Shown in pieces: positions 7,940-17,562 of a stretch of 64,000 nucleotides of DNA; the first letter of the stretch is position 1; each line of letters opens with the position of its first letter. The stretch comes from a virus. Where the stretch lies: positions 1 to 64,000 of the IMG/VR virus record IMGVR_UViG_3300042503_000209; one strand, given 5' to 3'. The notes under the pieces are model-generated. The model saw only the letters and a list, made by a program, of their open reading frames with translations. It searched no databases and had not been told where the DNA came from. The position numbers and the translations under genes are program-made.

Positions 7940-8416
7940 ATGAACAAAGTCACAGTAGCAGCCGACAAGAACGGCAACGTAATTGGTGTATCACCAAACA
8001 ATCCAGAATATGGCTGGATTAGAGTAGAGCAAAACGCACGTGTCATCAGTGACCGTGGATGGTTACGCAATTCTAAAAGATCTGCGTTAATTAAAGGTAA
8101 AGTAGAAGACTTAGTAGCTTCTAACTATAAAGAAGGAGAAGAAATTACAGGTAAAATCATTGTAATAGAATCTCATGACCCATTTAACCCAGAAAATCCT
8201 GATAGAGATATCAAGTTAGCTGGTGATACTGGTGTAATTTGCCGTGTAGACGATCAACCTATTTATCGTCAAACGTTCTTTACACCTAATATAAATGCTC
8301 AAGATGAGCTTATTATGCATACAAATACGGAAGAAATTAAAGAAGTACAATCTGCACAACGTGCTATTGGTTCTTTAAAGAATATCCGCACTAAAGAGTT
8401 TGAAACAGAACTATAA
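7940..8416 (+). CDS. hypothetical protein (beta-rich)
   Basis: 158-aa ORF between two terminator hairpins. Confidence 0.8.
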   Translation: MNKVTVAADKNGNVIGVSPNNPEYGWIRVEQNARVISDRGWLRNSKRSALIKGKVEDLVASNYKEGEEITGKIIVIESHDPFNPENPDRDIKLAGDTGVICRVDDQPIYRQTFFTPNINAQDELIMHTNTEEIKEVQSAQRAIGSLKNIRTKEFETEL

Positions 8417-8441
8417 TTGACATAGTGTATAAATCCCCCTA

Positions 8442-8478
8442 GGGAGCTTGGAGAAATCTGAGCTCCCAATTTTATTTC
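8442..8478 (+). terminator. probable terminator
   Basis: gggagcttgga-gaaa-tctgagctccc then T-rich tail. Confidence 0.65.
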
Positions 8479-8503
8479 TAATCCATTACATAACTCCAGC
8501 TAT

Positions 8504-9013
8504 ATGCACAACAATCAAAACAAAACCGTATCTGCAAACTCTAAAGGTATAGTTGTATCTTTCAGAGACGTAAACAAACATAAGTTTATACCTTATGACA
8601 GTCAGTACGTAAAACAAATTCAGCTACATGGTACAGCAAAGTATCAGCAGCTTGAAATTGAAGTATTTAACCCTACTCAAAGAAGAATATATGATGAAGC
8701 CTTATATGGTTTTGCTGTATACTCACCTAAAGAGATACAAGAGTTATCTCCTTCTAAAAAACATTTTATACAAAAAAATTATCACAGAGTACAGAGGTTC
8801 TTAAACAAATGGAAAGAAGAGCTTCTAAACCAACGTATAGATAATTATTTGTTAGAACTTTTTTACAAATCTCCTTTAATCAAAGAGTTTGTAGAAATAT
8901 CACGTGCTGAATATCAATTTGCAAACGAAACTGATCGTTTAACAGATGAAGTAATAGCACGTAAACTTGTTGAATTTAAACTTTTGCCATCTAATTTCTT
9001 TAACTTAACTTAG
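8504..9013 (+). CDS. hypothetical protein
   Basis: 169-aa ORF. Confidence 0.75.
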   Translation: MHNNQNKTVSANSKGIVVSFRDVNKHKFIPYDSQYVKQIQLHGTAKYQQLEIEVFNPTQRRIYDEALYGFAVYSPKEIQELSPSKKHFIQKNYHRVQRFLNKWKEELLNQRIDNYLLELFYKSPLIKEFVEISRAEYQFANETDRLTDEVIARKLVEFKLLPSNFFNLT

Positions 9014-9020
9014 TGTAATT

Positions 9021-9257
9021 ATGCAATATACATTTGTAATTAATGGTACATCACAACTTGTACTAATTCCAGAAAATGAACTGGACCGTTTACTTTTAGA
9101 ACGCACTCTTGAAAATGGTGCTACAATTGAAGTATCTAAAATTTCACAACCTGTTAGTATTTTAGGTAAACCTGTTACGGATAGTTATGTATTAAAACGT
9201 AAGGTACATTCAACTACAACAGCTTTAAATGTAAGAGATGATTCAAGCGAAGACTAA
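9021..9257 (+). CDS. hypothetical protein
   Basis: 78-aa ORF in operon. Confidence 0.7.
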   Translation: MQYTFVINGTSQLVLIPENELDRLLLERTLENGATIEVSKISQPVSILGKPVTDSYVLKRKVHSTTTALNVRDDSSED

Positions 9258-9621
9258 ATTGTGTGCTGGTTGTAACCAGTTAAAACACATTTGGAAAGCT
9301 CATGGTAAAGATAAATACTGCAAGGAATGCTGGTATAGCATTGAAAAACCAAAGTCTATAGCTCCCATATCTAAAAAGATGCGGGAGACTGTAGACCAGT
9401 ACTCTAAAATGCGTACAGCATACCTTGTAGTAAATACTTTATGTAAAGCTAAACTATCAGGTTGTACAACATTTGCTACAGATGTACATCATAAAGCAGG
9501 TAGAGGTGAAAACCATCTAAAAATTGCTACATGGTTACCTGTATGTAGAACTTGTCACACTTGGATAGAGCTTCATCCTAAAGAAGCTAAAGAGCTTGGA
9601 CTATCAGAAACAAGATTATAA
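9238..9621 (+). CDS. HNH-family nuclease with Zn-finger
   Basis: CAGC/CKEC N-terminus; DVHHKAGRG..WLPVCRTCHTWIE. Confidence 0.7.
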   Translation: MIQAKTKLCAGCNQLKHIWKAHGKDKYCKECWYSIEKPKSIAPISKKMRETVDQYSKMRTAYLVVNTLCKAKLSGCTTFATDVHHKAGRGENHLKIATWLPVCRTCHTWIELHPKEAKELGLSETRL

Positions 9622-9637
9622 CCAAAACAAATAACCT

Positions 9638-10039
9638 ATGAGTACAGAAGAAAAACTATTGGACTATCCGTATCCGGATAAACTCCTAGATGAAGATGGC
9701 TATCCTACTACAGAAGCTCTTTTGTATATCAGAAACTGGGGCACTGAAACAGTAGATGGTGATTATAGATTTGGTAAATGGTTTACCACTCCTGAAATGC
9801 ATCCATTGATAGATTATATAAAGTCAATCTATACTTATGATGATGCTATCAGAGAACAAGATAGTCTGTTAGAGATCCACACATTTGGTTGGTCTGGAAA
9901 TGAAGAAATTATTTATGAGCTAAAGAAAACTAGCTTATGGATGTTCAAGTTTGTAGCACAACAGACCGGTGGACATTATTACTTCCGTCTTGATAGAGAT
10001 AGTGAGTATACATGGTCTGTAGAGAAAGTAAAAGATTAA
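9638..10039 (+). CDS. conserved phage hypothetical protein
   Basis: GWSGNEEII..GGHYYF motif. Confidence 0.75.
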   Translation: MSTEEKLLDYPYPDKLLDEDGYPTTEALLYIRNWGTETVDGDYRFGKWFTTPEMHPLIDYIKSIYTYDDAIREQDSLLEIHTFGWSGNEEIIYELKKTSLWMFKFVAQQTGGHYYFRLDRDSEYTWSVEKVKD

Positions 10040-10050
10040 ATAAAAAGATA

Positions 10051-10284
10051 ATGGTAAAAGAAAATAGAAGAAACCTATCAGGTGTATACATCTTCCATAA
10101 ATTTGATGAAGATGAGCGTAGACAACCTACCTGTTTTGAAGACTGTCCTGTAGAAAAGCAAGACGAATGGTTAAATAGTTTAGACCCAGAAGGTGTAAAA
10201 AGTTTAGCTAAACACCTAGCTACTACGCTAAGACGTGTTGGAGATGATTTTGACTTAATTAGTACTTCACAAGAAGATATTTAA
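10051..10284 (+). CDS. hypothetical protein
   Basis: RNLSGVY..TCFED; ATG at 10051. Confidence 0.7.
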   Translation: MVKENRRNLSGVYIFHKFDEDERRQPTCFEDCPVEKQDEWLNSLDPEGVKSLAKHLATTLRRVGDDFDLISTSQEDI

Positions 10285-10295
10285 AATAAATAATC

Positions 10296-10577
10296 ATGGA
10301 AAACTTCCAAGAACTAAGAGATAAATACAGAACAGCTGTAGTTCATTTCTTAAATAGATACGAAAAACAAGTATCAGAACACATTATAGATGTTATGATA
10401 TCCGTAATGATGACTAGAGATAATGTTTTACAAGGTGGTAGTTTTGTACAAGCAGTAGTAGGTAATAATTTAAGAGAAGCTATTAGTAGAGCTGATAACG
10501 ATTGTAGCAATAACTTAAAAATTATTACTATATGCTGTCACAACTGCTATGTAGAAACAGAACTTTTATATGAGTAA
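10296..10577 (+). CDS. hypothetical protein
   Basis: GGSFVQAVVGNNL..A..RAD motif. Confidence 0.7.
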   Translation: MENFQELRDKYRTAVVHFLNRYEKQVSEHIIDVMISVMMTRDNVLQGGSFVQAVVGNNLREAISRADNDCSNNLKIITICCHNCYVETELLYE

Positions 10578-11694
10578 AAGAGAAGAAATCCAACAAGAAG
10601 CTCTTGATATAGCTACTAAACACAAACGATGTGGTTTAGCTATATCAATGGGTGTTGGCAAAACCTTAATAGGTTTAAAATACATAGACTACTTTCAGAA
10701 AGCTAATAAAAATATACTGAAAGTATTGGTAGTAGCACCTAAGTTATCAATATTTGATAGCTGGAAAGATGATTCTGCTAAGTTCAATATACCACTTGAC
10801 AATGTAGAATTTACTACTTATCTATCTCTAAATAAATGTGACCCATTTATGTATGATATAGTTGTTATGGACGAATGCCATAGTTTACTCATTAGTCATA
10901 CCTTATTTCTAAATAGATTTAGAGGTAGGATACTTGGTTTAACCGGCACTCCTCCTAGACATATGCAGTCAGAGAAAGGTAAGATGGTAGGTACATATTG
11001 TCCAATGATGTATAAATACATTACAGATGATGCTATTGATGATAACATTCTTAATGATTACAGAATTATAGTTCACAGACTTTCCTTATCTACTGATAAT
11101 ACTATACCAGTAAATATGAAAGACAAACAGTTTTGGACGTCAGAGCAAAAAAACTATGAATACTGGACTAAACGTCTAGTAGAAGCTCAGACTAAAAAAC
11201 AAGAACAAATATCTTCTGTAATGAGAATGCGTACTCTTATGGATTTTAGAACTAAAGAAGATTATACTAAGCAGTTGATGAATGATATAGAAGAAAAATG
11301 TATTGTATTTTGTAATACACAAGTACAAGCTGACAGAATTTGTAAAGATTCATATCATTCAAGTAATCCAGATGCTGAAGAAAATCTTCTTAGATTTAAA
11401 AATGATGAGATAGATAAGCTATCATGTGTGCTACAGCTAAACGAAGGTGTTAATATACCTAATCTTAGAGCTGGTATTATTATGCATGCATATGGTAACG
11501 AGCGTAAAAGCAATCAACGTATAGGTAGATTACTACGACTTAATCCTAATGATACATCTATTGTGCATATACTATGCTATAAAAATACTGTAGATGAACG
11601 TTGGGTTACAGAAGCTCTTAAAGATTTAGATCAAACTAAAGTCAAATATTTTGACGTAAAAATTGAAAAAGATGAATCAATCTTTTACAGGTAG
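10570..11694 (+). CDS. superfamily 2 (DExH) helicase
   Basis: MGVGKT, DECH, LTGTP, EGVNIP and QRIGRLLR motifs. Confidence 0.9.
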   Translation: MSKREEIQQEALDIATKHKRCGLAISMGVGKTLIGLKYIDYFQKANKNILKVLVVAPKLSIFDSWKDDSAKFNIPLDNVEFTTYLSLNKCDPFMYDIVVMDECHSLLISHTLFLNRFRGRILGLTGTPPRHMQSEKGKMVGTYCPMMYKYITDDAIDDNILNDYRIIVHRLSLSTDNTIPVNMKDKQFWTSEQKNYEYWTKRLVEAQTKKQEQISSVMRMRTLMDFRTKEDYTKQLMNDIEEKCIVFCNTQVQADRICKDSYHSSNPDAEENLLRFKNDEIDKLSCVLQLNEGVNIPNLRAGIIMHAYGNERKSNQRIGRLLRLNPNDTSIVHILCYKNTVDERWVTEALKDLDQTKVKYFDVKIEKDESIFYR

Positions 11695-12067
11695 ACTTAT
11701 AAAAAAGAATGGGAGACTAGAGTTTTCTAGTCTCACCCAATCTAAACAGTTTGAACATTATGCATCAGACGTACCTGATGGTATGATAGTAGAATGTTTT
11801 TACGAAATAACACATGATGATGGTACGCTTCCACAGCTAGCCAAACTTCATGTATTAATCCGACAGCTTGCCACACATGTTGGTGAGACTGTAGAGAATA
11901 TGAAAATCTTAATTAAAGATCGTGCTGGTCTTTGTATATCTAGAAATGTAGCCGGCAAAGAATACTTCTTAGCTAAAAGCTTTGGAGATTGTTCTAAAGA
12001 AGACTTATCTCTAGCTATACAAGCAGCTATGGAAATAGGTGAAGAAATTAATTTTCCGGTAGGCTAA
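11672..12067 (+). CDS. NinB/DUF1367-like recombination protein
   Basis: TLPQLAKLHVLIRQLA..GET..MK..KSFGDCSKEDLSLAI pattern. Confidence 0.5.
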   Translation: MNQSFTGRLIKKNGRLEFSSLTQSKQFEHYASDVPDGMIVECFYEITHDDGTLPQLAKLHVLIRQLATHVGETVENMKILIKDRAGLCISRNVAGKEYFLAKSFGDCSKEDLSLAIQAAMEIGEEINFPVG

Positions 12068-12326
12068 TTTCTTTCTCTTCTATTAATCCAGATTCTTCAG
12101 CTTTATCTTCAATAGCTCTGACTAGTAATACTACAGTGAATAGATGTGACATCCATTCTTCTGTGATTTCTTTCTTTTCAACAATAGCTGTTTCAAATTC
12201 CTTAATTTGATCTTCAGTTTTGTCTTCTGCAAGATGTACTAGTAGATCTTTAAGTTTTAGATAAAACGCTGTACCGATAGCTACATTAACCACAGCATCG
12301 TTCTTAATTACTTTCATTTTTTCCAT
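12048..12326 (-). CDS. hypothetical protein on the opposite strand to its neighbours
   Basis: 92-aa ORF with normal composition and its own promoter-like element. Confidence 0.7.
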   Translation of the reverse strand: MEKMKVIKNDAVVNVAIGTAFYLKLKDLLVHLAEDKTEDQIKEFETAIVEKKEITEEWMSHLFTVVLLVRAIEDKAEESGLIEEKEISLPEN

Positions 12327-12345
12327 AAAATATATGTTTATTATA

Positions 12346-12353
12346 CAAATCTA
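12346..12353 (-). promoter_or_regulatory. Bacteroidota -7 promoter element
   Basis: TAGATTTG on the minus strand about 20 nt upstream of the ATG at 12326. Confidence 0.5.
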
Positions 12354-12363
12354 ATAAAATTTC

Positions 12364-13080
12364 ATGACAGAGACCATAAATCTTGACGAAATTAAATGTA
12401 AGCTTATAGAGCGTCTTAAACCTTCAGGGTGGGCAGATAAACTTAAAGGTTTTATACAGTCCAGTGACTTTGACAAAATCTTAGAAGCTTTATATAAACA
12501 GAGGGGAGAAGGAAAACGCTTTACACCTCCACTTAAGCACGTATTTAGTGCATTCCAGAACTGTCCAATAAATGATCTTAAGATTGTAATAGTTGGACAA
12601 GATCCTTATCCACAGTTAGGTATAGCAGATGGTATGGCATTTTCTTGTAGTTTATTAGGTAAACCACAGCCAAGTTTACGTAATATATTTGAAGCTATAG
12701 AACATACAGTTTACCAAGAATGGCCTACGTATCAAGATCCAGATCTTACTCGTTGGGCTAAACAAGGTGTACTGTTACTAAATACAGCTTTAACCTGTGA
12801 AGTAGGTAAAATTGACTCACATGCTAGCTTGTGGCATGACTTTACTATGTATGTATTAGATATGCTGAACTTAACAAATTCAGGTTTAATATTTATACTA
12901 CTTGGTAAAAAAGCACAAGAATTAGAGCCTTTAATAGGGCAGAATCATTATATACTCAAAGCTTCTCATCCAGCTTCTGCAGCATATACTAAAACAGTAT
13001 GGGACTGCGGTGACGTATTCAATAAAGCTAATGAGATAATTAAAGCTAATAATGGTCCTTTATATAAAATCAATTGGTAA
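12364..13080 (+). CDS. ung: uracil-DNA glycosylase, family 1
   Basis: GQDPY, PSLRNI, WAKQGVLLLNTALT and SHPAS motifs. Confidence 0.95.
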   Translation: MTETINLDEIKCKLIERLKPSGWADKLKGFIQSSDFDKILEALYKQRGEGKRFTPPLKHVFSAFQNCPINDLKIVIVGQDPYPQLGIADGMAFSCSLLGKPQPSLRNIFEAIEHTVYQEWPTYQDPDLTRWAKQGVLLLNTALTCEVGKIDSHASLWHDFTMYVLDMLNLTNSGLIFILLGKKAQELEPLIGQNHYILKASHPASAAYTKTVWDCGDVFNKANEIIKANNGPLYKINW

Positions 13081-13096
13081 ACTTAAATAAATAAAA

Positions 13097-13432
13097 ATGG
13101 CAGTTAACAAAGTGGAGATCTATGTATCTCAAATTCTAGAAGACTTAGACAATGGTCTAACGTGGTTTAAAAAAGATGACTTGGGTTATGGATCTATCCA
13201 GGACAAGTACAACGCTAAAGAACAACAGATCGCTATGATCAGAAAGCATCCTGCTTTAAAAGATGCTGAGACAACAGTGACAGTATTTACTGTTATTGAT
13301 GATACAAAGAAAGAAGAACCAGTAGTATCTGTAGACACTACACCAGTTAAAGAAACAATTACTTACACTGAACCTGCAATTAGCAGCACTCCAACTAATG
13401 CCGATGAATTATCAGCATTCGCAAATTTATAA
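13097..13432 (+). CDS. hypothetical protein
   Basis: 111-aa ORF upstream of MoxR. Confidence 0.75.
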   Translation: MAVNKVEIYVSQILEDLDNGLTWFKKDDLGYGSIQDKYNAKEQQIAMIRKHPALKDAETTVTVFTVIDDTKKEEPVVSVDTTPVKETITYTEPAISSTPTNADELSAFANL

Positions 13433-13452
13433 TATACACAAATACATTTATT

Positions 13453-14604
13453 ATGTCAAAAGTAAAGTCACTTACAAAAAAAACTACACAGGAAGTTAGA
13501 ACTATTGATACATCACTTATCAATAAAGAAGAAGTATTTAAAATGCTAGCATTAGCAGAAGCTACAGGATTACCATGTCTTCTTGTAGGTCAACCGGGTG
13601 TAGCTAAAACCAAAACTGTTATTGACTATGCAAAAGCATGGTTGAATAAAGATGGTAAGATGACAGCAAAAGATTTTGCTGAGAAAATCTACATTTTAGA
13701 AACTGATGAAGGTACTAAAGCATCAGAAATCAAGGGTATGCCTGATTTAGGTAAGTTATTTACAGACAATCAGTATGAACTTAGCACACCTATTGCAGAT
13801 GCTGAGATCGTAATTATCAACGAGGTAGATAAAGCTAGTTCAGCTATACGTAACGCTATGTTAGGTGTAATGAACGAGAAGTTCTTATTTAACGGTAAAC
13901 ACAAGATACCATGTAAGTGGAAGTTATTTGTAGCTACATGTAATGAGATTCCTAAAGAAGAGAAGAACTCTCCATTCTGGGACCGTTTCATGTTAAAGCA
14001 TACAGTTAACCGTGTATCTGCAGGTGAGATGATTAAATACTACAATAAAGGTGGTCGTGACTACCGTGAGAGATTTAACATCGGTATTCCTAATAAGCAA
14101 GAGATTAACGAAGTAGAAATTCCAGTTACTAAGTTAGAAAAATATATGGAAGTAGGTTACAACCATAGCTCTGACCGTACTCTTACTTTCGTACCTACCT
14201 TATCTAAAGCAGTATCCTATATCTGGGATATCTCAGTAGACAAAGCTCTTGTAAAAACAGCTCAGATCATGATTGATCAAACTGCAGGTTCTGAACTACA
14301 GAATAAACTGATGTCACCAGAAGTTAAAGCAGTAATGAGTAAGGTGGAGATGTTACATAGCTACCAAACTAATGAGCAGCTAGAGCTAGCTATTGCAGAG
14401 ATTGAAGGTCTAGTTAATACTTATGCAACAAGAGGTATTATGGACTCTGGTCAAGTAAACGAGATTGAAATCTCTATGCAGTATATTCTACAGAATCATC
14501 CAGCACGTGTTGATAACACAAACAATGCTGAGTTAGAAGACATGATGTCTGAAGTAGAATCTATGCCTATAGAAGCTGTAATGGAGGCTTCAAACCCTTT
14601 TTAG
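13453..14604 (+). CDS. MoxR/RavA-like AAA+ ATPase
   Basis: GQPGVAKT Walker A, IINEVDKA Walker B variant, ATCNE and FWDRF. Confidence 0.85.
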   Translation: MSKVKSLTKKTTQEVRTIDTSLINKEEVFKMLALAEATGLPCLLVGQPGVAKTKTVIDYAKAWLNKDGKMTAKDFAEKIYILETDEGTKASEIKGMPDLGKLFTDNQYELSTPIADAEIVIINEVDKASSAIRNAMLGVMNEKFLFNGKHKIPCKWKLFVATCNEIPKEEKNSPFWDRFMLKHTVNRVSAGEMIKYYNKGGRDYRERFNIGIPNKQEINEVEIPVTKLEKYMEVGYNHSSDRTLTFVPTLSKAVSYIWDISVDKALVKTAQIMIDQTAGSELQNKLMSPEVKAVMSKVEMLHSYQTNEQLELAIAEIEGLVNTYATRGIMDSGQVNEIEISMQYILQNHPARVDNTNNAELEDMMSEVESMPIEAVMEASNPF

Positions 14605-14608
14605 CACA

Positions 14609-14716
14609 GGGTTATAAGTATATAACAGAAAACATGTATTGGAAAAACAACCAAATATATGTTCTTAATAGTATTGGTGAGATGCAGCTTCTTTGTATCT
14701 CACCAATTTATAACCC
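14609..14716 (+). promoter_or_regulatory. three-way-junction RNA element between MoxR and vWA genes
   Basis: gggttataa/ttataaccc closes two hairpins (14631-63 and 14673-707). Confidence 0.5.
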
Positions 14717-14731
14717 GTAAACTTTAACTAA

Positions 14732-16228
14732 ATGGCTAGTACTAAACAATATAAGAATGTATATACCATTCTTGAGAAAGTAAAAAAAGGTGAGATTCAA
14801 TCTTACTACAATGACGATGATGATGGTTTATTTGGTAAGATTAACTTCTATAAAAAAGCTGATCTTATCAAGCCATACATGCATTACATAGACGAGAGTA
14901 GAGTAGATACTATAATAAATGCTTATCTTGACAAATCTGAAAATGTTCAAGATGCTTTTCGTAAATTATCTGGTTCTACTAAATTACCAGATGATAAAAA
15001 ACCTGACTTTGATAGCTTTTATAAAAAAGTTAGAGATAACTATAGAAAGTTTCCTAAACATCTATCTAAAGACATTCATAAACTTTTCTATCATAAAATG
15101 GATAAGCTTGAATTTGAAGATAGAGATGATAAAAACTACACTAAGTTCAAGCTTTTAGAAAAAGCTAATAATCCTGTAGCTAAAATTATGACAGAAGGTA
15201 GCAATCTTAAGTCTACAATCTTTGCTAGAAATATTATGGCATATTTTGCACTTAGATCTACTATGATGGAATATATTGATCCAGATACTGCTCAAGATTT
15301 TATGAACGGTATGAGTGGTGACGGTGATCCTGATTCTGCTGATCAAGCAATGGATAAGATGTTCAATGATAAAGCATCTAAAAATATGTTTGATAAAGCT
15401 GTACAGGAAGCTACTGACATGTGTAAAGATATGGATCAAGCTATTGATAAAGACACTCAAGAAAAAATGTTTGAAGATGTCAATAAAAATGGTGGAAGAC
15501 AAGCAGGTAATCTAAGTCCAGATTATATTAGAACAGTTGTACAAGAGCTTTCTAAGCTTAGACTTTCTATGGGTAGCCTTAAAGATAAGATTAAGAAACT
15601 TATGGATAAGTCTGCATCATACTTTAGTGCTAAGAAAGAAACTACATATGAAGATCTATTCAATTCAGATAATCTAGCTGGTCTTAATGACTATATAGAA
15701 CTGCATCCGAAGCTACGTAAAATATTTGCTGAAGACATTGTTATCAAAGATGAAAAGTCTATTGGTAAGATTGATATCTATATAGATATATCAGGATCAA
15801 TGTCTGACGGATGTGGTGTTAAAGATGCTAATGGACGTACAATTACTAAACTTGATTTCTGTAAATCATTTACAGTGAAGCTTGGTGAGATGGGTATGCT
15901 TAACGATGTATACTTATTTAACACTAGTGTAACTAAGTTTAAGAATGATCCAATATCATTAGCTATGCTTGATACATCTGGTGGTACTACTATTGATAAA
16001 GCAGTAGAAAGTATTGAGAGAAGAGGTATTAACTCATTAGTTATTACAGATGCTGAAGATCGTTGTAGAATTTACTCAGATAAAGCATTCTTTATAGGTG
16101 TAAACGGTGCAAGATTTACTCACTTTAGTGATGATGTTATCAGTGAATACTCTGATAAAAACCAAGTTGTAGTATTTGATGGCACTAAAATATTTAGTGT
16201 TGATAAGAAAGGTAGGACGGTATACTAA
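14732..16228 (+). CDS. vWA (MIDAS) domain protein, probable MoxR partner
   Basis: IDISGSM, GGTT and VITDAED MIDAS motifs in the C-terminal domain. Confidence 0.85.
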   Translation: MASTKQYKNVYTILEKVKKGEIQSYYNDDDDGLFGKINFYKKADLIKPYMHYIDESRVDTIINAYLDKSENVQDAFRKLSGSTKLPDDKKPDFDSFYKKVRDNYRKFPKHLSKDIHKLFYHKMDKLEFEDRDDKNYTKFKLLEKANNPVAKIMTEGSNLKSTIFARNIMAYFALRSTMMEYIDPDTAQDFMNGMSGDGDPDSADQAMDKMFNDKASKNMFDKAVQEATDMCKDMDQAIDKDTQEKMFEDVNKNGGRQAGNLSPDYIRTVVQELSKLRLSMGSLKDKIKKLMDKSASYFSAKKETTYEDLFNSDNLAGLNDYIELHPKLRKIFAEDIVIKDEKSIGKIDIYIDISGSMSDGCGVKDANGRTITKLDFCKSFTVKLGEMGMLNDVYLFNTSVTKFKNDPISLAMLDTSGGTTIDKAVESIERRGINSLVITDAEDRCRIYSDKAFFIGVNGARFTHFSDDVISEYSDKNQVVVFDGTKIFSVDKKGRTVY

Positions 16229-17562
16229 AGATTTATCTTAGAACCAACTACACCAAAAAATAACATAGGGATATCAGGACTAGAACTTATGCTAGTCTTG
16301 AGCCCTATGTTTAATTTAAACCTCTTAGTAAAAGAGTAATCTACACCCATACCAGTGAGTATGTTTACTTCCGTAGATTCGGTGAATGTCCCTTCTTTAG
16401 TTAGATATACCAAGGGACTACCAGAAAAATAAATATCAGGTGACAAAGTAAGCCTACGTGAAAGAGTAAAAGGCTTTGTGTAGAAGAGAAGTATAGAACT
16501 AGTAACACTCATCTGTTTTTGAGGATCACTAGAAGGAGTAGGTAAGTAATCAGCTCCAGCAAAAGATACAGTGAGGTTAGCTCCTGTAACACCCCACTTA
16601 CCCATAGGATAAATATATGCGTAAGTACCAAAACCAAACAATGTACCAAAAGCATATGCTACAGTACCACCAAAGTTAGATATACCTTGAAGCTTACCTT
16701 CATCAAAATGCATAGCAGTATATCTACCACTAAGAGCAAATTGTTTAAAGTTGCTCCACACCATACCGGTTAGTCCCCAGGAAGATTGTCCAGTCATAGA
16801 AGACTGTGATATCCCACCGGTCATAATAATATTGAAACTATTATCTAGACTTTGCCCACCAGTAAAGTCAGAGTTAAATAATATTGGGTTTACTCTAGCA
16901 GCACCTCTAGATCCACCTTTGGATTTAGAACCTCCACTAGATTTAGACTCTGATTTAGATTCAGACTTAGACTCAGAAGATGATGATTCAGAACTAGATG
17001 ATTCTGAACTTGAAGAACTTTCCCCGCTAGAGCTGCTGCTACTAGATTCTGAGCTCGATCCTTGAGAATTGCTTGAACTACTAGTAGAGCTACTAGCTGA
17101 GGAAGAAGCTGAACTTGCTGCAGAAGAACTTGCAGATGAAGCTGCACTACTAGAAGCAGAAGAAGCCGCAGAACTAGCGGCTTGAGATGCTGCACTTGAC
17201 GCAGCTGATGCGGCAGCAGTAGAAGCAGCCGCAGAGGCAGCAGCACTTACTGCAGTAGCAACAGCAGAGGCTGTAATTTGAGTGCTAGTTTGTGTAGCTT
17301 GAGCCACAGAACAAGGAGATAACCTTCTATATTCTTCATATACTTGATTAAGCCAACTATTAAAAGCACCGCTCCTAACATCAGCTGCACTAAAAATACG
17401 AGACTTGTTATAAAAAACAATAACAGTAGAACCAGTAAGAGGTATAACAAAAGTTGACACCGTTTTTGTACACGGGTCAATAAATGTTTGTACCAAACTC
17501 TGAGAATACCCATAAATTGGTAGTAATACTACTATTAGTAAGGATAGTATAAACTTTTTCAT
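16225..17562 (-). CDS. secreted protein with Ser/Ala linker and C-terminal outer-membrane beta-barrel
   Basis: SPI signal peptide, Cys-pair N-domain, roughly 120-aa S/A/E/K low-complexity linker, then about 220 aa of amphipathic strands ending VVGSKINL. Confidence 0.7.
   Translation of the reverse strand: MKKFILSLLIVVLLPIYGYSQSLVQTFIDPCTKTVSTFVIPLTGSTVIVFYNKSRIFSAADVRSGAFNSWLNQVYEEYRRLSPCSVAQATQTSTQITASAVATAVSAAASAAASTAAASAASSAASQAASSAASSASSSAASSASSSAASSASSSASSSTSSSSNSQGSSSESSSSSSSGESSSSSESSSSESSSSESKSESKSESKSSGGSKSKGGSRGAARVNPILFNSDFTGGQSLDNSFNIIMTGGISQSSMTGQSSWGLTGMVWSNFKQFALSGRYTAMHFDEGKLQGISNFGGTVAYAFGTLFGFGTYAYIYPMGKWGVTGANLTVSFAGADYLPTPSSDPQKQMSVTSSILLFYTKPFTLSRRLTLSPDIYFSGSPLVYLTKEGTFTESTEVNILTGMGVDYSFTKRFKLNIGLKTSISSSPDIPMLFFGVVGSKINL
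16900..17290 (-). repeat. low-complexity Ser/Ala coding repeats (SSAASSAS, SSSE, SESK)
   Basis: Degenerate tandem codon repeats within the 16225..17562 gene. Confidence 0.8.

Noticed and set aside
12606-12614. Perfect DnaA box TTATCCACA
   Set aside because: Single copy lying within the conserved DPYPQ codons of ung; likely chance.
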